58,048 bases of DNA from the IMG/VR virus record IMGVR_UViG_3300020048_000033, positions 85,156 to 143,203 of that record, one strand, 5' to 3'. The stretch comes from a virus (Duplodnaviria > Heunggongvirae > Uroviricota > Caudoviricetes). How positions within the stretch are numbered: the first letter of the stretch is position 1; every line of letters begins with the position of its first letter. A program made the translations under genes and the position numbers. This document shows, one piece after another, positions 17,449 to 26,328 of the stretch. The notes below the pieces were generated by a model that ran no database searches, was not told the origin of the DNA, and worked only from the letters and a program-made list of their open reading frames with translations.

Positions 17449-18993
17449 ATGTCAAATGATTTCTTAAACAAAGTGTATGATAAATATGAGCATAGAGACT
17501 ACCTTTTAGTAGAGGATAACTTAAACCCTAAACGAGAGATACGTGCATCAGGTTCTTCTGAACAGGAAGATACTGTAGATAAAACTCTTGCAGACATCTC
17601 AAATAAATTATTAAAAATAAAAGAAACATATCGAACAGCAATGTTTACTACTGAGGATGACCCTGAGTTAGAAGCTAACACTTCCTTGTCAGAGCTTGTA
17701 GTAAAATCTAAAACACTTAATGATCTAAAGAATAGTTTACTTGCAGGGGGTGGAGTAGACACCTCCATTTTCAGATTAAATGATGACAGTTCTTTTGATG
17801 AGTCTCCAGTAATTGATGCACTCATTGATGAAATAGATAAGATGGTATTACAGATACTTGGAAAATCAGCAGGAGATGTTGATGGGGATGGATCTGGTGC
17901 TACCAAGAAAAGTAAAGCATATAAAAATATTCTTAAGCCCTCAGGTAAATCTTCTGATATTTCCCAAGAAAATAAAACTAGTTCTCCTGACCAATCTCCC
18001 AGTTCTGCAAAAACAGGATATGACTTAACTTTTGGTGATAGATTTAACTGTGAAAAATATGATACTTCTGAGGATTCAACAAAAGATTCTGAAAGTGGAA
18101 ATTCTTTGGGAGGAAGTTCTTCTAAAGGTACAGGGATAAGCAGTTCTGATGCTTCTAAAACCTCAAATAAAGATGATGTAAAAACGGTAGCAGAAGAGAT
18201 GGATTCTCTTTGGGATGAACCAAATGATTCCTCTATTGCCAGTCAAGCAGACATTGATTCTAAGGCAACTGATTGTGCATTAAGCCAATTAGGGGTTTTA
18301 AAAGCAATTTTAGTTATCTTAAAAATAGTTAAAGTATATCAGAAAATTATGACCGTAATTGGTGCAATTATTCAGATAATAAATATTACACAATTAGCCG
18401 CAGGTGCTTGGCTTAATCCAACAAACTTCGCAAAGATTGCACAACTTATAGCTCAAAAAGCAATTGCACTGTTGGCTCAAATAATTTCCAGATTACTTCA
18501 ACTTCTTTGGGACTTACTAAATGAGGAGTGTTCTGTAAAGCAAGCAATGTCTGTATGGAATGAAATAATAAAGAGCATGAATGCGGCAGGACAAGTTTTT
18601 GATGAAACAGGAAACGCCATTTCTCTTACTCAAAATAATTTAGTAGCAGCGGCAAAAGCAAAAAACCATTTAGAAGAACTTACGAAACAAATGGAAGAAA
18701 AATATAGTTTAGAGAATATAAAAAAAGAAGCAGGAGAGTGGGCTTCAGATTCTTGGAAAGATATTACCAGTGTAGGTACTTCTACGGTAGCAGGATTAAA
18801 AGCAGGATTATCAGAAGCAACCTCGGATATCTATGGTAAATATGTACCAGATGACTTGAAAGATATGATAGACCAGACAGTAAAAGCGGCAAACTCTTTA
18901 TCTGCTAAGTATGAAAAACTTGCAGGAACAAAAATTAAAACACCCGCAGTTGAAAAAGCCTTGGCAAGCTTGAAAGGTCTTAAGGAGGAATAA
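17449..18993 (+). CDS. putative virion protein with a Ser-rich linker and a long amphipathic/hydrophobic segment
   Basis: 514-aa ORF in the baseplate module; GGAGG SD. Confidence 0.6.
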   Translation: MSNDFLNKVYDKYEHRDYLLVEDNLNPKREIRASGSSEQEDTVDKTLADISNKLLKIKETYRTAMFTTEDDPELEANTSLSELVVKSKTLNDLKNSLLAGGGVDTSIFRLNDDSSFDESPVIDALIDEIDKMVLQILGKSAGDVDGDGSGATKKSKAYKNILKPSGKSSDISQENKTSSPDQSPSSAKTGYDLTFGDRFNCEKYDTSEDSTKDSESGNSLGGSSSKGTGISSSDASKTSNKDDVKTVAEEMDSLWDEPNDSSIASQADIDSKATDCALSQLGVLKAILVILKIVKVYQKIMTVIGAIIQIINITQLAAGAWLNPTNFAKIAQLIAQKAIALLAQIISRLLQLLWDLLNEECSVKQAMSVWNEIIKSMNAAGQVFDETGNAISLTQNNLVAAAKAKNHLEELTKQMEEKYSLENIKKEAGEWASDSWKDITSVGTSTVAGLKAGLSEATSDIYGKYVPDDLKDMIDQTVKAANSLSAKYEKLAGTKIKTPAVEKALASLKGLKEE

Positions 18994-21900
18994 TGAGCAA
19001 CTCACAAGAATATTTAGAGGCAAAAACAGAAACAGGCGTACCTGCCAGTTTTCTTAAAGATGCCAGAGTTTTAGAAAAGAGGTGGGAATTAAAAGATAGG
19101 GTACTTCCGGTATCAGAGGTTCTTGGTTCAGGGGTGGAAGGATTTGACAATCTTTCGGAGTTCCTTGGAAAAAGAAAATCAGAATCTTTTAATTATGTAA
19201 AAACCTCCGCAACAGGAAATTCAGAATTAGATATAATTTTAGGGACAACTACCTCAGATGATGTTAAGTATGTTAATGCTCAAGTAAACAATCTATCCAT
19301 GTTAAGTATGTATGATACTTTTCTTGGTATCTATATGTCACCTAATGGAGCATTCACTGATATAAACTTTAGACTCGGAAAAGTATCTAAAACACTCCTA
19401 AAAAATAAAGCTTCTAGTCAAGTAAATTCGGATGGGTCAATGTATACAAGATCCAACTTTAATAAGAGATTTGATTACAAATTAAATAAATCCTTTGGAA
19501 ATTATTTCTATGAATATAATACTAAACTATCTTATTCAAATCTATTTTTCCCTCCCTATGCTTCTCCAAGTGATCCAAATAAATCTTTTTTAAGCACTTA
19601 TATAAACTCTGCAAATCGGTCTACTAGAAATGGAACATCCTCTACACCTTGGATGACCTACTACAGATATTTAAAAAACTCTTCCAAGATGAGTAGAGAT
19701 GAATCTTTATCCTTTGATGAATCAAACTTTACTATAAAGAGGGACGCATCCTTTACTTATCGACATGCAGGATTTAAGTCAATAAATGATAATATCACTT
19801 TCCTTCAATGGGTATTTGAAAACACCACAGGTGTTGTATCAACCTATTTAACTGAATGGGATATGTCTGTATATTTTCAGGAAGGTTTTATACCTAATAA
19901 AGAAAATCAAAGATTGTCACTTCTTTACAGAATAGAAAAGGACAATCCTATGAAGGACTTTCCTACATATAATGATAAGACAACTCATCCTGACAATTTA
20001 AATTACTTAAATTTTGGAGTAATAAACTCATCAGTATCTTTAGAAACAAATAACTTAAAGTGGAATATAGATAAGTTTCCTTTAAGCAGATACTGGACTA
20101 AGTACCCACTTACTTATATGAAAGAGGAATTACACTCAGAGGATTATGAAGAACAGCAAATTCTTTTAAGCTCAGATATTTTACCTGAAAGCGAGAAAGC
20201 AATTATAAGACTTCAAATTGCTATGGAAACAGAAGTTTTATATTCACCTGATTTCTATAATGTAAATTCTCTTAATCCAAGTGTATTATACAAAGATACC
20301 TCAAGCCTTTTTGATAGGATAGAATATTGTGACAGAAGAGGGGCGGCATTAAGCGGATGGTGGTCATGGAATATGAACTACTATAAAGCCTTGTATACTG
20401 TTTCTGGAAATGAACTATCAAACTTAGATGCAAGCAACATGATAGAACCTGCTTCAAACGTGTATGATGTTGCAAGAGCAAATCATGATGAGGGTTCTAT
20501 TGATAATGAAAATGCAACCACAGGAAGTGGAACAGGTGCAGGAACCTCAGGATATGGATCGTCTGGTGGAGGAAGAAAATGGTATAAATCAAAAAAACCT
20601 AAATCTGGAAAATCGGGAGCTTCTGCCGCCAAAGCTAAAGGGAACAAGTTTGTTTCTTCCTCTATTTACATGGGTATCTCTGAGGATGTAATAACAGAAA
20701 ATGAAAATATTTCGGGAACTGAAACTTTTGATGAAACAGCTTCCTTACAATATTCTGATTCAACAGGTATGTCAGATAGTAATCCAGTATTTTATGGAGG
20801 ACCTCATGGTGCAGGAAGATCACCAAAAAATCCAAAATCTTTTTTTGAGATAAACAACCCTTTATTGAGAAACTTCCCGAGAATAGACCCTCCAACTAAT
20901 TTTGACTCAAAAGATTTGACTTCGTATCTTAATGGACTCAATCAATTCTACTCTTATAAAACTCAATATGGTTCTAATGAATGGATGGAAACAAATAGGG
21001 TTAAAGGTGTATCTGAAAACTCCTTAGTGGGAGGATTGAGCTTATTGAAGAATGGGGTTCAAGAGAAACGCTTTATGCTTACTATGAAAAAAGTAAAGAA
21101 GTATATTGACCCGATATCAGACTATGCTAGAAATGAAAAAGTAGTAACGTATTTTAAGAAAAGAAGGTCATCAAAACTTCGTAAATACACTTCCTATCAA
21201 TACTTAGATCAGTTTCCTTCCCACATTTATACGTATAATGGGCAATCAACTGGGTGGCATAAACTTTATTATGTATCAGCAGTAACAAGTAGTGTCCCTT
21301 TGTATCCTTGGTGGACTCCAAGGTTTAAGAGTCCCTCTAATAATTATAATGCTGGGTATGATGAGGATAAAAATGGAACGGTTGATAAAGCATATACCTC
21401 AAGAAGTTACAATTATAATCATTATTGGGGAAGTCCTTATTCCGTAAAATCTAAACAGGCATATTATTATACTTATGAATGGGGTTGGAGTGAAAGATAT
21501 ATGCTTCATGGAGAGCCTTATACTCAATGGACTATGACAGAACTCTCTTACAATAATTATACTACCAGTATACCTTTCTCAAAATTTGCTTATTGGTTTT
21601 CAGTATTTAAAAGATACCGTTCATCTGTTGTTACCTATATAAAAACATTAGGAACTACAAAAAAAAGAATTGAACTTAAGGGGACAGGGTATTGGGCAAC
21701 ACAAAGAAACTTTGGAGATAGTTCTTCGCAGACGGTAAGATGGACTTCTGGTACAATAAGAATTCAGGACTGGTTCGTTAAGAATTCCAGAGAGTTTGGT
21801 ACGGATAACTATCTAACTTTTTTTGCAGGAAATAATATATATAATAGTAAGGGAATGAGGGCACCTGATGCAATATTCCAAACTACCGTTGCTATGAAAG

Positions 21901-23927
21901 AATACTCTTTTGTATATTCATATGGTGCAAGCGAGCGACATAGATGTCACCATCATTCAGTTACACGACAGGCTGTGGGTTGGAGAGAATACATTGATGT
22001 AGGTCTTTATGATAATGATGAAAAGGTTCCTTTTTCATTATTAAGTACAAACCAAGAAGCATGGACAAACTTATATTCAAGTGATGTATTTGAAAACTTA
22101 GGTCCTACTCCATCATATGCAAGAAAGTATAATGATATCTCTCAATTGTTTAGTAATGGACAATTGAAGGGGTGCGGAATATATTCCTCTCTTCAAGGGT
22201 TTGACCCAAGTTTAGATGAAACGGACGGGACAAATTATCCTAAATTATTAAGCATAAAAAACTTATCAAATACCCGTTTTTGTGATGTTAAGTTTAATTA
22301 TTTTAATATAAGTAATTACGCTATTTCTCCAAGACTTTCTGCCGGTGGATATTCCTATTATCCTGTAGGAGGGGTTGAAAGATATCGTGTAAAGAAAATG
22401 CCAAAAGAACAATCAACTGCATTAATCCGTGGTATGGTTAGTGCAGGATTATATCAGTCTACTAGGAATGAATCATATCTTTGCTATGGAGATGCACCCT
22501 TTAGACTTTTATATTCTCAGCTTTGTAATCAAGTTCAGTTTTATAAAGTAGCCCAAAATGCTATTTTATCAAAAGACGTATTACCAGTAGCTAATATAAG
22601 AGAAATGTTGTTAAAATGTGTAGACCCTTCTGTAATAAAAGTTTCTTGTAAGGATTTTGTTACGTATGATAATGAAGATACAAAATATAATTATTGGATT
22701 GAAAGAGCCTTTACCCATTTTAATAAATCGAATACTCAAATAAATGAGTATATTGATTTGATAAAGACAGAACTTTCTGGAGTTATTGGTAAGTACGAAT
22801 CATTCATTAAGTTGTTGAAACCTCTTATATCAAAACACATACTTAACTGGACGTATAATGAATACTCAAAAGCTATATTGGAATACTTGCCAGTAATAAA
22901 ATCTTCTGTTGTAGGTGACTTAAAGTTTGATGAGTTCTTTTATAGTTACTTAAATATCCTCTACGAATACCGAAGATATTTTATTAATAAAAGATTTAAT
23001 AAAGTAGATGGAACTTTTTATCAGTTAAGACATTTAGAGGGCTTGCTTTCTTATATGAAAGCTAAAACTTCTACAGGAGAGATATCTTCTCTTGACTTCT
23101 CAGGAGATACTAAAGCAGAGGATATAAACGTTTCTTTCTATACTATAAATCATACAGCAGAGCAAAAAACAAAAGCGTTGCTGTCTGGAGTAGCCCTTAA
23201 GCCTGACGAAATTCTAAAGCTTTATATCCCAGTAACTTACTCAACAGAAGAAAAATATCTTAAAGAACTTAAAAAGAAAAAGGAAGATGACACGTATATA
23301 ATGAAGGTACAGAAAACTACCCGATTAGGCTCTGATAAGATATATGCAGAAATTCCCGTTGATCATACTTATAAGCTTATTTCCGACCAGTACACAAAGA
23401 ACGAAGGGAATAAACAAATAAATAAAGTTATGACAGAAAACTATATTTCCAAGTCTATTGATTCTAAAGGTATAACTTTGATAACAGTGGCTAATCCAGA
23501 CTACTCAAACTTAATAAAACTTATTTATTGGGGAGATAGTCCTTCCCTTACTCCGATAGAAGAAAATGTTTCCATAAATATAAATGCTACTGGACTGATT
23601 GATTCTCTATCGGTGACAGAGGATATCCATGAGGCAGTATGTGCGGCAAGGGAACTACAAGATTTTTGGACAGTAAATGTTTCTTCTAAAAATTGCCAAT
23701 CACGAGGATATAAAACAGGATTAAAACTTATCCCTTATATACTCTCAAATAGCAGTACAAGCTTAAAGCCAACTGTAGAGGAGTCTGCAATGGGTATTAG
23801 TGCAAATCAGTTATGGCCCATTACTGAGGAACAATCTCAGATTACTACTATGAACTCTATTTCTGAATCACAGAAATTGAAAGTAATGTCTTCAACAGGA
23901 TTGGAGACCGGAAGTGAATATTATTAA
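18993..23927 (+). CDS. large putative virion protein, unknown function
   Basis: 1644-aa ORF coupled to the upstream gene; no family recognised. Confidence 0.65.
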   Translation: MSNSQEYLEAKTETGVPASFLKDARVLEKRWELKDRVLPVSEVLGSGVEGFDNLSEFLGKRKSESFNYVKTSATGNSELDIILGTTTSDDVKYVNAQVNNLSMLSMYDTFLGIYMSPNGAFTDINFRLGKVSKTLLKNKASSQVNSDGSMYTRSNFNKRFDYKLNKSFGNYFYEYNTKLSYSNLFFPPYASPSDPNKSFLSTYINSANRSTRNGTSSTPWMTYYRYLKNSSKMSRDESLSFDESNFTIKRDASFTYRHAGFKSINDNITFLQWVFENTTGVVSTYLTEWDMSVYFQEGFIPNKENQRLSLLYRIEKDNPMKDFPTYNDKTTHPDNLNYLNFGVINSSVSLETNNLKWNIDKFPLSRYWTKYPLTYMKEELHSEDYEEQQILLSSDILPESEKAIIRLQIAMETEVLYSPDFYNVNSLNPSVLYKDTSSLFDRIEYCDRRGAALSGWWSWNMNYYKALYTVSGNELSNLDASNMIEPASNVYDVARANHDEGSIDNENATTGSGTGAGTSGYGSSGGGRKWYKSKKPKSGKSGASAAKAKGNKFVSSSIYMGISEDVITENENISGTETFDETASLQYSDSTGMSDSNPVFYGGPHGAGRSPKNPKSFFEINNPLLRNFPRIDPPTNFDSKDLTSYLNGLNQFYSYKTQYGSNEWMETNRVKGVSENSLVGGLSLLKNGVQEKRFMLTMKKVKKYIDPISDYARNEKVVTYFKKRRSSKLRKYTSYQYLDQFPSHIYTYNGQSTGWHKLYYVSAVTSSVPLYPWWTPRFKSPSNNYNAGYDEDKNGTVDKAYTSRSYNYNHYWGSPYSVKSKQAYYYTYEWGWSERYMLHGEPYTQWTMTELSYNNYTTSIPFSKFAYWFSVFKRYRSSVVTYIKTLGTTKKRIELKGTGYWATQRNFGDSSSQTVRWTSGTIRIQDWFVKNSREFGTDNYLTFFAGNNIYNSKGMRAPDAIFQTTVAMKEYSFVYSYGASERHRCHHHSVTRQAVGWREYIDVGLYDNDEKVPFSLLSTNQEAWTNLYSSDVFENLGPTPSYARKYNDISQLFSNGQLKGCGIYSSLQGFDPSLDETDGTNYPKLLSIKNLSNTRFCDVKFNYFNISNYAISPRLSAGGYSYYPVGGVERYRVKKMPKEQSTALIRGMVSAGLYQSTRNESYLCYGDAPFRLLYSQLCNQVQFYKVAQNAILSKDVLPVANIREMLLKCVDPSVIKVSCKDFVTYDNEDTKYNYWIERAFTHFNKSNTQINEYIDLIKTELSGVIGKYESFIKLLKPLISKHILNWTYNEYSKAILEYLPVIKSSVVGDLKFDEFFYSYLNILYEYRRYFINKRFNKVDGTFYQLRHLEGLLSYMKAKTSTGEISSLDFSGDTKAEDINVSFYTINHTAEQKTKALLSGVALKPDEILKLYIPVTYSTEEKYLKELKKKKEDDTYIMKVQKTTRLGSDKIYAEIPVDHTYKLISDQYTKNEGNKQINKVMTENYISKSIDSKGITLITVANPDYSNLIKLIYWGDSPSLTPIEENVSININATGLIDSLSVTEDIHEAVCAARELQDFWTVNVSSKNCQSRGYKTGLKLIPYILSNSSTSLKPTVEESAMGISANQLWPITEEQSQITTMNSISESQKLKVMSSTGLETGSEYY

Positions 23928-23986
23928 TTTTCACTGAAAACTTAGTATATCAACTAAATTACTTAATACAACAGGAGGTTATCAAT

Positions 23987-24430
23987 ATGACAATTGATAA
24001 ATACAGAGAAAAATCAAAGGCTTGTTACGAGAATATAGTTAACAAGATAAAGATGGGAGATGAGAGTGCAGAAGGTGAAATTGATGCACTCATCATCCGA
24101 GCATTTAATGAGGGAATAATTTCACAAATGACAGCAACCTCAAAAAAATTAAAAAGTACTGGTGAAATGAACAACTATTTACCAGACTGTTTTGTAGAGT
24201 CTGAGACTGTAAATCAAATGACAACAATGGTAATAAATAATCTAAAAGCTCAAACAACTAATGGTTTTATTAATGCTGGATTCAAGGTACCACTAATTGC
24301 AACCCTAAAAACAATTTTTAGGACATTATACATGGTAGGTCTAAACTCTGGATTTGAGATAGCCTCGAATTCAAGTTTAAAAGAAATGTATATTTCAGAT
24401 AAGGAACGATTCATTGACACCACGGAATAA
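23987..24430 (+). CDS. hypothetical protein
   Basis: 147 aa; GGAGG SD. Confidence 0.75.
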   Translation: MTIDKYREKSKACYENIVNKIKMGDESAEGEIDALIIRAFNEGIISQMTATSKKLKSTGEMNNYLPDCFVESETVNQMTTMVINNLKAQTTNGFINAGFKVPLIATLKTIFRTLYMVGLNSGFEIASNSSLKEMYISDKERFIDTTE

Positions 24431-24689
24431 CCCTTACTCTTTCACAAAGGTTTTTAAGGAGAGATTCGAGGAAAGGTTAAATGAAGCTTTTACCGAGGAT
24501 AACCAAGCCTATATTTTGGCTCAAATATCTTTAGGAACTCCTCATAGGAAAATTGATAATAAGGGAAGATACTCAGAGTATTTCACGTTTATCATTAATG
24601 AAAAGCTTGTCACTATCGTATGTGACCAAATTTCTCATAAGATAATTACCCTTATTTTAGAGCTACATGAAAGAAAGCAGTATCTATGA
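24414..24689 (+). CDS. small protein, possibly DUF4258/RelE-like (BECR) fold
   Basis: FTKVFKERFEER N-terminal helix and LVTIV....KIITL C-terminal strands. Confidence 0.4.
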   Translation: MTPRNNPYSFTKVFKERFEERLNEAFTEDNQAYILAQISLGTPHRKIDNKGRYSEYFTFIINEKLVTIVCDQISHKIITLILELHERKQYL

Positions 24690-24919
24690 AAATAAAGTTT
24701 GTTAAATATCTTAATTCGGAGAAAGAGACTCTTTTGGCTATACATGTTTTTGATGAGGAGGGCAAAGAGATTGATTCTTATCAATTCTATAATAATGAAA
24801 AAGAGACTCAATCTGAGCCTCTCTTGTTAAAGTCTATAAATGATTTGCCTAGCCTTATTAAGCTTGTAAATAAAATGCCAGAAGATGTAGTATTTGAAGA
24901 AGATGAAATCTTAGTTTAA
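24686..24919 (+). CDS. hypothetical protein
   Basis: 77 aa; ATGA overlap with the upstream gene. Confidence 0.7.
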   Translation: MKIKFVKYLNSEKETLLAIHVFDEEGKEIDSYQFYNNEKETQSEPLLLKSINDLPSLIKLVNKMPEDVVFEEDEILV

Positions 24920-24921
24920 TA

Positions 24922-25485
24922 TTATATAGTATTTAAGGGGTCACTTTTTAGAGACTCCTTAACTTCTAACTCATGAAGTTCACTTTGGGAATACGCATCT
25001 GCACCTACTGGTGTATCAAGTTTACCGTTTACACTTCCACAAAGTTTTATTGCCTTATTTCCAGTTACATAAATAGCTACTTCAGTTCCCAGTGTAGTTG
25101 CTAAAGATACTAAAGGTAATGTAACATCATAAAAAACATTCAAGATACAAGCCTCTAAAAATATAAACAACGTAGCATAAATTACATTTCTTAGAGAGGA
25201 AGGATTTCCTACATTGGAAACTCCATATTCTAATTGAGTTGAATATAATGCAAAGGCAGTTCTATCTACACCTAAATATCCAGAACAAATGTAAATCATT
25301 GATGTCGCTAAAACCTCAAGAGGTAGATTCATGTTTATATTTAGTGATAGCCCAAAAAGAGAGGGGACAATTAATGGAAGTGATTGTACTAACATAGCTA
25401 ATCCAACCAATAATATATAGGCTATAACAAAAAAACTCGTTCGATAAAATATCGGCTCTAATTTAGATTTTTCTTTTACTCTCAT
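24922..25485 (-). CDS. multi-pass membrane protein with internal duplication (holin-like candidate)
   Basis: About four hydrophobic segments; LATSMIYICSGYLG and LATTLGTEVAIYVTG are similar halves. Confidence 0.55.
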   Translation of the reverse strand: MRVKEKSKLEPIFYRTSFFVIAYILLVGLAMLVQSLPLIVPSLFGLSLNINMNLPLEVLATSMIYICSGYLGVDRTAFALYSTQLEYGVSNVGNPSSLRNVIYATLFIFLEACILNVFYDVTLPLVSLATTLGTEVAIYVTGNKAIKLCGSVNGKLDTPVGADAYSQSELHELEVKESLKSDPLNTI

Positions 25486-25525
25486 AATAGAAAATTAGTT
25501 GTAGGTATTGTTAAAGGTTTTGACC

Positions 25526-25903
25526 CTATCTACTTGGTCGGGAACTGTAAAAATTGCTTGGCTGTATTATTTTTGAGGATGAGGGTTTACTATTTTCAAA
25601 TTTAGCCCTCAATGACGGATCAACCATTCTTCCTCGGGGTTGAGGGGAAGTTCTTCTCACTGTCATTTCATAATCAACTATTCCTTTAGAAATGTCATTA
25701 AGTTCACTACTAACCCCTTTAACCAAGGTTTCCAATCTTGATAAGTCTTCAAGATTTCCATACGCCATAGTATTTCTTGCAATACCATAACCAACCTCTT
25801 TTGAGTCTGTATCAAGGGACTGGTATAAATCCTTTATTGAATCTTCCACTCGTGCGTAATTAGCTTTCTCATATATTCTTTCAAATGCTTTTTCGTAGTC
25901 CAT
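25526..25903 (-). CDS. small protein, paralogue of 25915-26301, putative internal head protein
   Basis: MDYEKAFERIYEKANYARVEDSIKDLYQSLDTDSKEVGYGIARNT nearly identical to the neighbour. Confidence 0.7.
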   Translation of the reverse strand: MDYEKAFERIYEKANYARVEDSIKDLYQSLDTDSKEVGYGIARNTMAYGNLEDLSRLETLVKGVSSELNDISKGIVDYEMTVRRTSPQPRGRMVDPSLRAKFENSKPSSSKIIQPSNFYSSRPSR

Positions 25904-25914
25904 AATAGCTATCC

Positions 25915-26301
25915 TTAGGTTCTTGCTATCTTACTGGAGTAGTAAGAGTTTGGGGGTCTATAATTTTTTTTAGGGTCAAATGTTTTTTTTGTTAGGTCTT
26001 TTGGATGAACTAAATCATTAATAATCTCTTTAGGCTTTTGTGCGATTCGTCTATGTATCATATCAAACTCAGATACCCCTTTAGAAACTTGTGCAAGCTC
26101 ATTACTGACTCCACTAATCTTTTTCTCCAATCGGGTTAAATCCTCAGAATCTCCAAAGTTTGCCACGGTGTTTCTTGCAATACCATAACCAACTTCTTTT
26201 GAATCAGTATCAAGTGATTTTGCTAATTCATTAATGGTATCTTCCACTTTTGCATAGTTGGCTTTCTCATGTATTCTTTTAAAAACTTTCTCGTAATCCA
26301 T
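25915..26301 (-). CDS. small protein, paralogue of 25526-25903, putative internal head protein
   Basis: MDYEKVFKRIHEKANYAKVEDTINELAKSLDTDSKEVGYGIARNT; ATG 26301 follows GGAG. Confidence 0.7.
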   Translation of the reverse strand: MDYEKVFKRIHEKANYAKVEDTINELAKSLDTDSKEVGYGIARNTVANFGDSEDLTRLEKKISGVSNELAQVSKGVSEFDMIHRRIAQKPKEIINDLVHPKDLTKKTFDPKKNYRPPNSYYSSKIART

Positions 26302-26328
26302 TTTGTACTCCAATAGTTATTTTATTAA

